Source of the DNA: Wenzhouxiangella sp.
Lineage (GTDB): Bacteria; Pseudomonadota; Gammaproteobacteria; Xanthomonadales; Wenzhouxiangellaceae
Length of the DNA stretch: 64,000 nucleotides
Direction: 5' to 3'
Assembly (NCBI GenBank): GCA_007118895.1
Contig: SKQS01000016.1
Span: 8,538 to 72,537, forward strand
The notes beneath the pieces are model-generated. The model searched no databases. It saw only the letters and a list, made by a program, of their open reading frames with translations, and had not been told where the DNA came from. The position numbers and the translations under genes were made by a program. Shown piece after piece: positions 1 to 10,700 of the stretch. Every line of letters starts with the position of its first letter. Position 1 is the first letter of the stretch.

Positions 1-2481
1 GCGCTGGTCGCTGATCTCGGCAAGATTCGCAGCATTCCAGGCAAAATTTCCGCTGTTGACCTGATCACTCTGAAGTTCCCAGGTGTTCTGGATACTGCCA
101 GCACCCAGCGTCCAGCCGGGCGCGCCGCCTTCCATGTCGTCGGAGAATACGGTCAGAGTGCTCAGGCCGACCGGGCAATCGCCGGGCTCGGGTTGGGTAG
201 TGAAACTGAAAGTGTCACTGACCCCGCCGGTGCCGCAGGAATTGCCTGCCGTCACACGCCAGAAGTACTCCGTACTGGAGCTCAGTGGACTGGAGACCTG
301 GTGGCTGGTACCAGTGACCAGTGCATCGTAGACAATGTTCGAGAATGCCGGATCGGTCGCGATCTCAACCAGGTAGTCGGCAGCCTGCGCAACGGCCGTC
401 CACTCGAGTTCCGGCTGGCGCGGCAGGTTGATACCCTGGTCGGCGGGCGCCAGCTGCGTCGGAACGCCCGGCAAGGCCGTATCGACGGTCAACAACAACT
501 CCAGCGTACGGTCATCGACACCGGCAGCGGTTCCCAATACGGTGAGGGAGTAGTCGCCAGCGCTAACGGACTGCTGAACGGTGACGGTGCTGACCGCAGA
601 GTTGCCGGGGATCACCGGGTTTGGCACGAAGTCGGAGCTGAATCCGGAGGCCAGCGGCGGGTCGAAACTCAAGGTAACCGGGTCATCAAAATCACTGACC
701 GAGGCGACAGCGATATCGGCCACAAAGTCATCGGCGTCATCGGCCGTACACACCGCGCCAACCGCGTTGGGAGAAGACAGGCTGAAGCCGGGCTCACCAC
801 AGACGTCGAAACGGAAAGCGCCGATCCGGGTACTCCACTGGCTGGTCGCATTGTACTGACCGGTAAACCAGAAGGTACATTCATCCACGGGATCTACCGA
901 GATCGAGGCGTAGTCGCCATAGCGATTCGAACTGTTGGATGCCGTACCTTCTATCAGCGAAAACTCACCGCGCGGCATGGTGTTGAGCGGGTCGGTGGCC
1001 AGGCGGCCGATATAGCGAAGACCCGGAAACGTGGTTGCATCCGCCACGTTGTAGCCCAGAGCGATATTGCCGGCCCCGTCCATGGCAATGGTCGACATCC
1101 AGCGGTTGACGTTGTCGGGTGAGACCACCCCTTCCTGACGCAGGGTCCAGCCCGAACCGGTGTTCTGAAGCTCAGCCCATTGAACACCGTGAATATCGGC
1201 GCTTCCACCGACCACATCGGTCACCCAGCTGGCGACGATTCTCTGGTCGCCGTTAAAGTTTCGATACTGGGCCCGCCACATCACCGGTTCACGCAGGGGA
1301 TCGAGACGAATGCCGGTGCCGGGCTGCGGGACGCAGGAGAAAGAAACCAGTCCGCACAGCTCGGACTCGAAGTCCTGAACACCGATATTGATCGGGCCGG
1401 TGAAGGTGCTGTTGGAAGGATTGTCCCAGTCGACGCTGAATTCCCAGATTTCCAGAAAGTCCTGGGTCGGATCGGCCGAGCCCGGATTGTGTACTTCGTC
1501 ATCGCGGTGGCGAAGAAACAGCCCCGGCGCCCCTGGCGGCGGCGGCACTTCGCCGTCCCAGTCTGCCGGCTGCGCCATCTGGAAGCCGAAACCGGCCAGG
1601 GTGGGCATGCCAAAGACCTGGGTCGGGCGGGTGGTCAGTCCCTGCAGCATGTTTTCCCGGTCAAAGGCATAGTTGGCCCTTCCGCCGGAAGCAAACTCGT
1701 TGGCGCCGACATAGTAGGCATCCGGCCAGGCGGCCCACTTCGGGTAATCAGGCAAGCCGCCGGAAGTGGAGCCAAACTCGTAGATATACCAGTCGCCGCT
1801 GGTCGGATCGGCGGTCTGACTGATATAGACACAGAAGGAATTGGAAGTGAACTCGGTCAGCAGCCAGCGGCCGCGAGGCTGTCCGGGCCCATTGTCTACT
1901 TCCTGGTCGAACAGCACGATCGGATCCCCGATTCCGCTGGTGCAGCCGGTTCCGGACCCGACCGCCAGCGATGACAATGCGAAGTCAGCCACGGTGGAGC
2001 CGTCGGTCTTGTCCAGAATCAGAACGCGCGTACCGCCCAGCGCAGAAGAACCATTGATCATCTGCACGAAATGATCAATGCCGATATCTCCGATGGTATC
2101 CGGCGGGTTGACCGAGGTAAATCCGCCACCGTCGCGGTTTATGATCGGCGTGTCGAACTCCGGACCGCCACTCAAGCCACCCAGCAGATTGTTCAGCTCG
2201 CGCAGGTGATTCGGTCCGCGTGGCTGGGGGGCGGTTTCCGGCTCGACATAGTCGCGCGGGATCCCCTTGCGCTGCGGAATTTCCTTGATCGGAATACCCG
2301 GTCGCCACTCCGGGTAAGCCGGCACACTTCGCATGTCGATACTCACATGAGCAGGCGTGACGCCCGCATCAAGCAGGTTGGCGCCGCGAATGACGACACG
2401 CTCATCCGCAGCCAGGGCGCCGCTCGCAATTACCGCGGCTGACAGGCTGCTAACCACTAAACCTTTTCGATTGACTGGCAT
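1..2481 (-). CDS. Large secreted protein, N-terminal 827 codons only (continues past the left edge). It has a signal peptide, an N-terminal domain of about 560 aa with unknown function, and an FN3-like module.
   Basis: Missing from the ORF track because it has no in-window stop. Hand translation of the minus strand from ATG 2481..2479 (GAGGGA about 10 nt upstream) stays open for all 827 codons down to position 1. It begins MPVNRKGLVVSSLSAAVIASGALAADE (signal peptide). Later it reads LPRQPELEWTAVAQAADYLVEIATDPAFSNIVYDALVTGTSHQVSSPLSSSTEYFWRVTAGNSCG (FN3-like). The + strand ORFs 193..1122 and 1180..1974 are Arg/Gly-rich antisense shadows. Confidence 0.8.
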   Translation of the reverse strand, partial: MPVNRKGLVVSSLSAAVIASGALAADERVVIRGANLLDAGVTPAHVSIDMRSVPAYPEWRPGIPIKEIPQRKGIPRDYVEPETAPQPRGPNHLRELNNLLGGLSGGPEFDTPIINRDGGGFTSVNPPDTIGDIGIDHFVQMINGSSALGGTRVLILDKTDGSTVADFALSSLAVGSGTGCTSGIGDPIVLFDQEVDNGPGQPRGRWLLTEFTSNSFCVYISQTADPTSGDWYIYEFGSTSGGLPDYPKWAAWPDAYYVGANEFASGGRANYAFDRENMLQGLTTRPTQVFGMPTLAGFGFQMAQPADWDGEVPPPPGAPGLFLRHRDDEVHNPGSADPTQDFLEIWEFSVDWDNPSNSTFTGPINIGVQDFESELCGLVSFSCVPQPGTGIRLDPLREPVMWRAQYRNFNGDQRIVASWVTDVVGGSADIHGVQWAELQNTGSGWTLRQEGVVSPDNVNRWMSTIAMDGAGNIALGYNVADATTFPGLRYIGRLATDPLNTMPRGEFSLIEGTASNSSNRYGDYASISVDPVDECTFWFTGQYNATSQWSTRIGAFRFDVCGEPGFSLSSPNAVGAVCTADDADDFVADIAVASVSDFDDPVTLSFDPPLASGFSSDFVPNPVIPGNSAVSTVTVQQSVSAGDYSLTVLGTAAGVDDRTLELLLTVDTALPGVPTQLAPADQGINLPRQPELEWTAVAQAADYLVEIATDPAFSNIVYDALVTGTSHQVSSPLSSSTEYFWRVTAGNSCGTGGVSDTFSFTTQPEPGDCPVGLSTLTVFSDDMEGGAPGWTLGAGSIQNTWELQSDQVNSGNFAWNAANLAEISDQR

Positions 2482-2548
2482 TTGCTCAATTTCCCTCATC
2501 TAGATGCTGATGTGAATTTTCCTGGTCCGGACACCAAGCGCCCGGCCA

Positions 2549-3328
2549 CTAACGAATCCCCTCGGCGACCAGGCGCACCGGGCCATGGTCGGTCTGGATT
2601 TTCAGTACCGGCGAGTCGGCATCGCTGCCGAACAGCCGGGTCCGTCCATCAATCTGGCGGCTTTGCAGCAGGGCGAGAGAGTCGGTAGTAATCGCCGCGC
2701 CCGAAACCACCTGGTAATTCAGACTCTCCGGATCGGCCAGCAGTACGTCGACCGCGGCGGAGCTGGTCTGGATTCGACCGCCCTGCGGAGCCCCCATGGA
2801 AATGGCCGGCTGATAAACCACGTGCCCATGCAACAACTCCACGTCCACCGTGCCGCTGGTGCGGATATTGGCCTTGCCGGTCCGGCCTCGCAGGCGCACC
2901 GGGTAGGTGCCACCGTGCATGGTGAATTCGCCATCGATCAGGCGCACGTCCAGCGGATGGGTATCGGGGAGCCCAATGACAAGGTCTACCCGATAGACCG
3001 CCCTGACCAATCGTTCCATGTCTTCGATACCTGACAAGGCCACTTTGACGCTGCCATCTTCCTCGATCTGTTGAACCAGATCCAAGGGGTTGTCCTGACC
3101 GGTCTTGAGCTGCACCGTCGCGGTGACATCGATGCCTTCGCGTTCGCGAATCGACCGGATGCGCAGGTTGCCCAGCGGGTTATCGACGATCAGGGTAGCG
3201 CCAGGCTGGATCTTCAGCAGTTGGTGAAGCTGCTGCACCTGACCGTGCCCCATCACCTCTTCAGGCTGCGAGGCCAGCAGGCACGGTGCGAGAAAAATAA
3301 GGCAGAGAAGAGAACGTGGTTTCAACAT
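2549..3328 (-). CDS. Hypothetical secreted protein, possibly a DUF4097-like beta-strand repeat protein
   Basis: 259-aa ORF with an ATG start and an N-terminal signal peptide (MLKPRSLLCLIFLAPCLLASQPEE). The rest has a repetitive beta-strand-like composition (G.v.v..l.G.v). The family call is weak. It lies directly upstream of, and co-directional with, the 1..2481 gene. Confidence 0.65.
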   Translation of the reverse strand: MLKPRSLLCLIFLAPCLLASQPEEVMGHGQVQQLHQLLKIQPGATLIVDNPLGNLRIRSIREREGIDVTATVQLKTGQDNPLDLVQQIEEDGSVKVALSGIEDMERLVRAVYRVDLVIGLPDTHPLDVRLIDGEFTMHGGTYPVRLRGRTGKANIRTSGTVDVELLHGHVVYQPAISMGAPQGGRIQTSSAAVDVLLADPESLNYQVVSGAAITTDSLALLQSRQIDGRTRLFGSDADSPVLKIQTDHGPVRLVAEGIR

Positions 3329-3509
3329 TAGATCCAGCCTGATCCGTTAGAGTAGCCGGCAACGGTACCAGAAATCAATCCCGGATTTTTCGATGTCTGC
3401 CTCAGCCCGGGAAAAAAGAGCGCTCTGGTCGATGCGATGCTCGAGCGCCGACAACTGAACACCACATTCGATATAGTGCCTGCTTTGTTGAAATTGAGCG
3501 AAGCGGCGC

Positions 3510-4742
3510 GTGTCCGACAGGCCAATGCAAGATATGGAACAGGACAAACCATCAGAATTCGGCGATGAACCGGTCAGGCGGGTTAGCCGCGACGGCGTCG
3601 AATACACCCTGCTGGGCACGGCGCACGTCTCGCGCACCAGTGCCGGTGCCGTGCGTCACCTGCTGGCCAGCGGCGATTTCGATGCCGTCGCCATAGAGCT
3701 TTGCCAGTCGCGCTATCGCACCATTACCGATGTCCTCGCCTGGCGCCAGATGAACCTGTTCGGGGTCATCCGCAAGGGTATGGCCGGCATGCTGATGGCC
3801 TCGCTGGCACTGACCGCCTACCAGCGCCGAATCGCCGACCAGCTGGGCGTCGAGCCAGGCGCGGAGATGAAAGCGGCGATCGAGGAGGCCAATCGACTCG
3901 ACATTCCGGTTCAGCTGATTGATCGCGAGATCGGCATTACCCTGCGGCGCACTGCGCGCAAACTGTCTTTGTGGCGACGCTGGCTGCTGCTGAACGGGCT
4001 GGTGCTGTCGATCTTTTCGCGCGACAAGTTCGAGGAGGACGAGATCGAGAAACTCAAGCAGGGTGATATTCTCGAGCGGACCTTTTCGGAATTTGCCGAA
4101 GCCTCGCCGGCACTGTATGAGGGCCTGATCGGTGAGCGCGACGAGTTCATGGCGGCCCGCCTCCGGCTGCAGAACGAAGACCATCCCGGGCGTCGGGTAC
4201 TGGCAGTGATCGGGGCAGGCCATCTGGCAGGAACCGAGCGCGCACTGAGCCAGGGTGAAGACCCGGCCGGACGGCTGGCCAAGCTCAACGTGATGCCGCC
4301 GGCTTCCAATTTCCTCAAGGTGCTGCCATGGGCAATACTTCTCGCGGTTCTGACCGGGTTCTTCCTGGGCTTTCGCCAGAGCCCGGAGCTGGGCTGGTCG
4401 CTGGTTGCCACCTGGGTCGTCATCAACGGTGGACTGTCGGCACTGGGGGCGCTGATTGCCCTGGCCCATCCGCTGACCGTACTCACTGCGCTGGTTGCCG
4501 CCCCGCTGACTTCGCTCAACCCCACCCTGGGAGCCGGCATGGTGACGGCGGCGATGGAGTCCTGGCTGCGCAAGCCCATGGTCTCGGATTTCGAGACCCT
4601 GCGCGATGATGTCGTGAGCCTGGCCGGCTGGTGGCACAATCGAGTTTCGAGAATACTGCTGGTATTCTTTCTGTCGAACATGGGTTCGGTCGCCGGCACC
4701 TGGATTGCCGGCGCCCGCATGGTACAGCAACTGACCAGCTGA
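3510..4742 (+). CDS. TraB/GumN family protein
   Basis: 410-aa ORF. The N-terminal LLGTAHVSRTSAGAV motif and C-terminal multi-helix hydrophobic region are typical of the TraB (pheromone-shutdown-like) family. The first codon is GTG at 3510. ATG at 3525 is an alternative start. Confidence 0.8.
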   Translation: MSDRPMQDMEQDKPSEFGDEPVRRVSRDGVEYTLLGTAHVSRTSAGAVRHLLASGDFDAVAIELCQSRYRTITDVLAWRQMNLFGVIRKGMAGMLMASLALTAYQRRIADQLGVEPGAEMKAAIEEANRLDIPVQLIDREIGITLRRTARKLSLWRRWLLLNGLVLSIFSRDKFEEDEIEKLKQGDILERTFSEFAEASPALYEGLIGERDEFMAARLRLQNEDHPGRRVLAVIGAGHLAGTERALSQGEDPAGRLAKLNVMPPASNFLKVLPWAILLAVLTGFFLGFRQSPELGWSLVATWVVINGGLSALGALIALAHPLTVLTALVAAPLTSLNPTLGAGMVTAAMESWLRKPMVSDFETLRDDVVSLAGWWHNRVSRILLVFFLSNMGSVAGTWIAGARMVQQLTS

Positions 4743-4860
4743 TCAGGCCAGTGACCGGGCAAGTGTCCACGGGGCCACAACGTGGCCGCGGGGCGTCACC
4801 TGCCCTGGCACTGCCTGCCAGTCCGGCTGGTTTGAAGGCTCAACTTCAAGGGAGAGGTTG

Positions 4861-7596
4861 ATGAATCTCAAGACACGGCTATTCGGGCCGCAATGGGAAC
4901 ACAAGGATCCGGCCCAGCGCATAGAGGCGATCCGGCAACTGGCCGACCCGGCCCTGGAAGCGGAGCTGCCCCGGCTGGCTCGAGAGGACGAGGCAGCCGA
5001 GGTCCGCCTGATGGCGCTTCGCAGGCTGGACCAGGAGGCGCTGTGGATACAGGCAGCCCTTGACGACCCCGACCCGGCCGTCAGCCGCGAGGCCGGACAG
5101 GAAGTATTGAGGGCAATCCGCTCTGAACCGGTCGAGGATACGACGGCACGGCTGGCCTGGCTGGAGGCATTGGACGATGCAGGGACCATTCGCGAGCTCG
5201 CCGTCAATGCACGCGATCTGAAGCTCAGACGCAAGGCGCTGGAACGAATAAGCGCCCAGGGCTTTCTCGGCGATCGCTTCGTGAAGGAGCCCGACGACGG
5301 CCTGGCCGGCGAAATCCTGGCCCGAATCGACCAGATTTCCACCCTGGAGCGCATTTCGGGCAAGCTCAGGGTCAGCAGCAAGCGGCGCTATCAGCAGGCC
5401 AAGCAGCGTCTGAACCAGCTCCAGGCCGCGGCCGGGGACGAGAAGGCGGCGGCCAGCGATGCCGAGCGAGTGGTAATCGAGGCCGAGCGGCTCGGCCGCG
5501 GCGACTGGCAGGGTGATCGAGCCGAACAGCTGGCCGAACTGGAGCGCCAGTGGTCGGAGCTGGAGACGATCCCTGACGGTCTGCAGCGACGTTTCCAGGG
5601 CGCTGTCAGAATCGTTCGGGCGGCACTTGAGCGGCCCGCACCGACATCACCATCCGAGGCGCACACCGTCGAGGCGGAACCAGCCGAACCAGCCGACAAA
5701 ACCGGCACAGATGCCTCACTGCAGTCGGTCGCCGATCGCATTCTGGCCACCGTACCGGGCAAGATAAAGGCCGACCAGATCGCGCAGCTGGTCTCGGCCT
5801 GGGACCGGGCCTGGAACCAGGTCGAGCACGGGCCTGCCAACCTGGCGCTAAAGGATCGAATCATTCCGCATGTCAGGGCGCTTCAGGAGCAGGCCGGCAG
5901 CCCCGGCCAGCATGAGAGCAAAGACCCAGGCGAGGACTACAATGCAATCGCCGAGAGGGTCAAGGAGCAGGTGGAAGAGCTGGCCGAGGTGCTGGAAGCT
6001 GGCGATATCCGTCGCGGCGACGAACTGCTGCGCTCGGCGCGCAGCCAGCATGACCGGTTGCCAATGCGGGCCCGGCCCGAAGGTATCGATGGGCGATTGA
6101 CCCGCATGGCGGGACGACTCAAGGAAATGCGCGACTGGCAGCACTGGTCCAACAACAAGCTGCGCGACGAGTTGATCGCGCGGATCGAGGCTTTGCCCGA
6201 GTCGGGCCAGCACCCGGACGCCATCACCGGCGAGCTCAAGCGCGCCCGGGCCAGGTGGCAATCGCTGGAAGAGCAGGAAGTACTGCCAGGCGACAAGCGT
6301 CGTCATGCCGCACCCTCCGGCCAGTGGCGGCGTTTCCAGGCTGCCTGCAAGCAGGCCTTCGAGTCGGCCAAACCCTACTTCGAGCAGCGACTGCAAGTCC
6401 AGCAGGAGGCGCTGGAACAACTGGAGGCATTCATCGCCGCATCCACCGAAACGGCCGCCAACGAACAGGCCGGCAGCGACCAACTGCTGCCACCCTTGCG
6501 GGCAGCGCGCAAGGCGATCCGGCATCTTGACGATATCCCGCCGCGTGAGCGCGGCCGAATGGCCGGCAAGCTTCGCCAGCTCATGGACCGCCTGTCCAAA
6601 CGCCTTGACCAGCGCTTCGACGAGGTCGAACAGACCAAGCGCCGCCTGATCGCCGAAGCGCGCAAGCTCGAGCACGAAAAGGATCTCAAGTCGGCGATAG
6701 AGCAGGCCAAGTCCCTGCAGGCGCAGTGGCAGCAAGCCGGTTCAACCAGGCGGCGGCTGGAGAACAAGCTGTGGAAGGAATTCCGCGAACCGATCGATCC
6801 GCTATTCGAGAAGCTCAAGGGCGAACGCGAGGAGCGCGACAGCGAAACCCGGGCCCTCATGGCTGAATTCGAGGCGCTGTGCGAGCAGGCAGAGGCCCTG
6901 TCCGGGCTGCCGGAAACGGAGCTGGCCGAAGCCGAGAATCGAATGGCCGGCTTGATCCAGGACTGGAGCTCCCGCCAGGTACGCAGCCCAGCCCTGCGCA
7001 AGCGCTTCGACAAGGCCGCGGAGGGTTTTTCCCGGCGACTGGAAGCCACGCGCGAACAGGCGCGGGAAGCGGCGCGAAACCATCTACAGGCCCTGGCCGC
7101 TGCGGCCCAGGAGCTGTGGACGGCGCGCAGCGCTGGCAAGCTGGCCGAGGTTGCGGCCCGGCATCAGGCCCTGCTCGAGCCTGAGCAGGTAGATGACCCC
7201 AAGCACAAGCAGCTGGTTGCCGCTTGCCGTCGCTTTGCCGACTATCAACCCGGCGATCAGTCCGACGAGAAAGTCGACGAGAAAGTCGACGAGAAACAAC
7301 TGGCCGAGACCGTGCGCGCCAACGCCAACAAGGCCCGGCAAGTCACCGTGGAAATGGAGTTTCTGGCCGGCATCGAATCACCTGCCCAGGATCGCAAACA
7401 GCGCATGGACTACCAGGTCCGGCGCCTGTCTGAAAGGCTTAGCGAACGGGCCGAGCAGCCCAGCCTGGCCGAGGAGATGGAGCTTCTGCTCGAGCGTTGG
7501 TATCAGTCCTTCCCGATGCCCGAAGAGGCTTTCGATGAACTGAAGAAGCGTTTTGAAAAGGGACTGGGCATCGTGGAAAAGATGACAGGCGGTTGA
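4861..7596 (+). CDS. DUF349 domain-containing protein (long coiled-coil repeat protein)
   Basis: About 911 aa, very Glu/Arg/Ala/Leu-rich, with repeated W..(L/F)..W-type modules (ARARWQSLEEQ..., QAQWQQAGS...LWKEFREPIDPLFEKLK) typical of DUF349. The track start 4858 is TTG. The adjacent ATG at 4861 has a GGGAGAGG SD upstream. Confidence 0.8.
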   Translation: MNLKTRLFGPQWEHKDPAQRIEAIRQLADPALEAELPRLAREDEAAEVRLMALRRLDQEALWIQAALDDPDPAVSREAGQEVLRAIRSEPVEDTTARLAWLEALDDAGTIRELAVNARDLKLRRKALERISAQGFLGDRFVKEPDDGLAGEILARIDQISTLERISGKLRVSSKRRYQQAKQRLNQLQAAAGDEKAAASDAERVVIEAERLGRGDWQGDRAEQLAELERQWSELETIPDGLQRRFQGAVRIVRAALERPAPTSPSEAHTVEAEPAEPADKTGTDASLQSVADRILATVPGKIKADQIAQLVSAWDRAWNQVEHGPANLALKDRIIPHVRALQEQAGSPGQHESKDPGEDYNAIAERVKEQVEELAEVLEAGDIRRGDELLRSARSQHDRLPMRARPEGIDGRLTRMAGRLKEMRDWQHWSNNKLRDELIARIEALPESGQHPDAITGELKRARARWQSLEEQEVLPGDKRRHAAPSGQWRRFQAACKQAFESAKPYFEQRLQVQQEALEQLEAFIAASTETAANEQAGSDQLLPPLRAARKAIRHLDDIPPRERGRMAGKLRQLMDRLSKRLDQRFDEVEQTKRRLIAEARKLEHEKDLKSAIEQAKSLQAQWQQAGSTRRRLENKLWKEFREPIDPLFEKLKGEREERDSETRALMAEFEALCEQAEALSGLPETELAEAENRMAGLIQDWSSRQVRSPALRKRFDKAAEGFSRRLEATREQAREAARNHLQALAAAAQELWTARSAGKLAEVAARHQALLEPEQVDDPKHKQLVAACRRFADYQPGDQSDEKVDEKVDEKQLAETVRANANKARQVTVEMEFLAGIESPAQDRKQRMDYQVRRLSERLSERAEQPSLAEEMELLLERWYQSFPMPEEAFDELKKRFEKGLGIVEKMTGG
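7264..7296 (+). repeat. In-frame 12-bp tandem repeat (GACGAGAAAGTC, 2.75 copies) inside the DUF349 gene, encoding DEKVDEKVDEK
   Basis: Read directly at 7264..7296: gacgagaaagtc gacgagaaagtc gacgagaaa. Confidence 0.9.
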
Positions 7597-7695
7597 GGCG
7601 TGCACTGGTGGCTTTGTCTGCTTGCCGGCCTGGCGATACTGGCACTCGGGCTGCGCTGGTTCGGGCAGCGCGTTCCGGACTGAACGACACGCGGG

Positions 7696-7701
7696 TACAA
7701 T
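7696..7701 (+). promoter_or_regulatory. Candidate -10 box (TACAAT) upstream of mfd
   Basis: TACAAT sits 30 nt upstream of the mfd ATG (7731). I found no convincing -35; the best is TTCCGG at a 17-nt spacing. Confidence 0.25.
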
Positions 7702-7730
7702 AACGCCGTTTTCTTTCCCACTCCCAAGGC

Positions 7731-10700
7731 ATGCCCTCAAAGCCATTCTCGGTGCTCGATCCACCGCGCCCGAATTCTGAAGACCCTGAGCACTGGCCGG
7801 CCCTGGACGGTCTGGAGCTGGCGCTGGCTGTCTCGGCGCTGGGCCGGCGCAAGGGAGGGCCGGTACTGGTAGTCGCACCCGATGGCTACCAGGCCCGACG
7901 TCTGCGGGATGATTTGAACCTGCTGGACGGCCCGCCCGCCGAGCTGTTTCCCGATTGGGAAATCCTGCCCTACGACCTGTACTCGCCGCACCCGGACCTG
8001 GTCTCGCGCCGTCTGGCCCTGCTGGCCAGGTTGCCGACGGCCGAAAGCGGCATCGTGATTGCGCCGGTCACCGCCATGATGCAGCGGCTGCCGCCGGTCG
8101 GTTTCGTCGCCGGGCGCAGCCTCTCACTGAACGTGGGCGGCAAGCTGGACCCGGATAATTTCTGCGCTGCAATGAGCGATGCCGGTTACCAGACCAGCGA
8201 CCAGGTGTGGCAGCCCGGGCAGCTTGCCCGCCGCGGCGCAGTACTGGACCTGTGGCCGATGGGCCTGGAGTCGCCGTTGCGGATCGAGCTGTTCGATGAC
8301 GAGATCGAGTCGATCCGCACCTTCGATGCCGAAACCCAGCGTTCGCTGGACAAGCGCCAGCGTGTCGACATGTTGCCGGCGCGCGAGTACCCCTTCGACG
8401 AGGACTCGCGCCAGGCGTTTCGCCGCCGCTTCCGGCTGGCCTTCGATATCGACCTGCGCCAGGCCCTGCCCTACCATGAGGTCGGAGACGGTATCCATGG
8501 ACAGGGGCTGGAACAGTACCTGCCGCTGTTTTTCGACCAGATGGCCGGCCTGCCCGACTACCTGCCGGCAGAACATCGTCTGGTGGTGCTGGACGGCGCC
8601 GACCGGGCCGCCGATCAATACCACCAGCAGATCCGCGCCCGCCACGAACACCGACGCGGCGACCGGCAGCGACCGGCACTGCCGCCGGAAGCGCTTTACT
8701 TTGATGCAGCCTGGCTCAGCGATCAGCTGTCGCAACAGGCCAGCGTGATCTGTGACCTGCCGGGACTGGAGCGCAAACCGCCGCCCGAGGTCGACCTCGA
8801 CCATCGTGCCGAGGCCAGCGCCAAGTGGCTGTGCAATCGGCCCGAGCGTATTCTGCTGGCTGCCGACACCGCCGGCAGACGGGAGCTGATTCATGATGCC
8901 CTAAGAGCAGCCGGACTCGATCCCAAAGCGGTCTCTTCATGGTCTGCTTTTGTCAGTGGCGGCACTTCCCCGATGCTGTCGGTATTGCCCTTTTCCGGCG
9001 GCGCCTGGCTGGAATCCGAAGGCCTGCTGATCCTGACCGAAGCCGAGCTGTTTCCCGGCCATACCCGCACGCTGCGCCGAGACCGGCGCTCGGCCCAGGA
9101 CCCGGAAAGCCTGATCAAGAGCCTGACTGACCTGCAGGCAGGCGCCCTGGTCGTTCACCTCGAGCACGGCATCGGTCGCTATCTGGGTCTCGAAGTTCTT
9201 GATGTCGGCGACACCACTGCCGAGTTTCTGTGCCTCGAATACGCCGGCGGCGACAAGCTGTATGTGCCGGTCACCGACCTGCACCTGGTCAGCCGCTATA
9301 CCGGCACAGACCCGGAGCAGGTCGATTTGCACCAGCTCGGTTCCGACCGCTGGAAGAAGACCCGCCGCAAGGCCGCCGGCAAGATCCGCGACGCGGCCGC
9401 CGAGCTGCTCAATCTTCAGGCCCGACGGGCCGCCCGCCAGGGCCATGCCTTTCCCATTGACCGCGGGATGTACGCACGCTTTGCCGCCGGCTTCGAGTAC
9501 GAGGAGACCGACGACCAGCAGCAGGCCATCGACGCGGTGCTGGCCGACCTGGCCTCTGACCAGCCCATGGATCGAGTCGTCTGCGGTGACGTCGGCTTTG
9601 GCAAGACCGAAGTCGCGCTGCGCGCTGCCTTTACCGTCACTCTGAGTGGCCGCCAGGTCGCCATGCTGGCTCCGACCACCCTGCTGGCCGAGCAACACTA
9701 CCGCACCTTTGCCGACCGCTTTGCCGACTGGCCGGTAAGGGTGGCGCTTTTGTCGCGAGCCGCCTCGGCAGCCGAGGCCCGGCAAATCATCGCCGGGCTG
9801 GCCGACGGGACGATCGATATCGTCATCGGCACCCACCGGCTGCTGCAGGCGGATATCGACTTTCACGATCTGGGCCTGGTCGTCATCGACGAGGAGCAGC
9901 GCTTCGGCGTCCGCCAGAAGGAGCGGCTGAAGGCACTGCGCGCCGAAGTCGACTTGCTGACCCTGACCGCCACACCGATTCCTCGCACGCTGAACATGGC
10001 CATGGCGGGCATCCGCGAGCTGTCGATCATTGCCACGCCGCCGGCTCGCCGACTGGCGGTCAAGACTTTTGTTTCAGAATGGGACGGGGGGCTGATCCGA
10101 GATGCGATCAGCCGCGAGTTCCAGCGCGGCGGCCAGGTCTACTTCCTGCACAACGAGCTGAAATCCATGCCGCGCATTGCCGGAGAGCTCGGCGAGATGT
10201 TTCCCGACGCGCGGATCGGCACCGCTCACGGCCAGATGCGGCCGGGCGAGATGGAAAAGACCATGCGCGAGTTCTACGCCCGGCGGATCAACCTGCTGGT
10301 GTGCAGCACCATCATCGAGAACGGGATCGACGTGCCCACGGCCAATACCATCATCATCAACCGCGCCGACAAGTTCGGTCTGGCCCAGCTTCACCAGCTC
10401 AGGGGGCGAGTCGGGCGCTCGCATCACCTGGCCTACGCCTACCTGATAACGCCTCCGCCGCGGGCCATTACCCGCGATGCCCGCAAGCGGCTGGAAGCAA
10501 TCCAGACCCTGGAAGAGCTCGGCGCCGGATTCACCCTGGCCAGTCACGATCTGGAAATCCGCGGCGCCGGCGAACTGCTCGGCGAGGAGCAATCGGGGCA
10601 GATCGAGGCGATCGGCTTTTCACTCTACACCGACCTCCTGAATCGCGCAGTCGATGCCCTCAAGGCCGGTATCGAGCCCGATATCGACGACCCGGTCAGC

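Noticed and set aside
193-1974. Two + strand ORFs (193..1122, 309 aa; 1180..1974, 264 aa) at the left edge.
   Set aside because: The minus strand carries one uninterrupted 827-codon frame with a signal peptide and plausible domain content. The + strand products are Arg/Gly-rich shadows.
2482-2548. Weak hairpins considered as terminators: CCGGGC/GTCCGG after the 259-aa gene, and similar ones at 4775..4789 (GGCCAC-AAC-GTGGCC) and 23584..23603.
   Set aside because: The stems are only 5-6 bp, some need G-U pairs or 3-nt loops, and none has a U-tract. I cannot distinguish them from background in GC-rich DNA.
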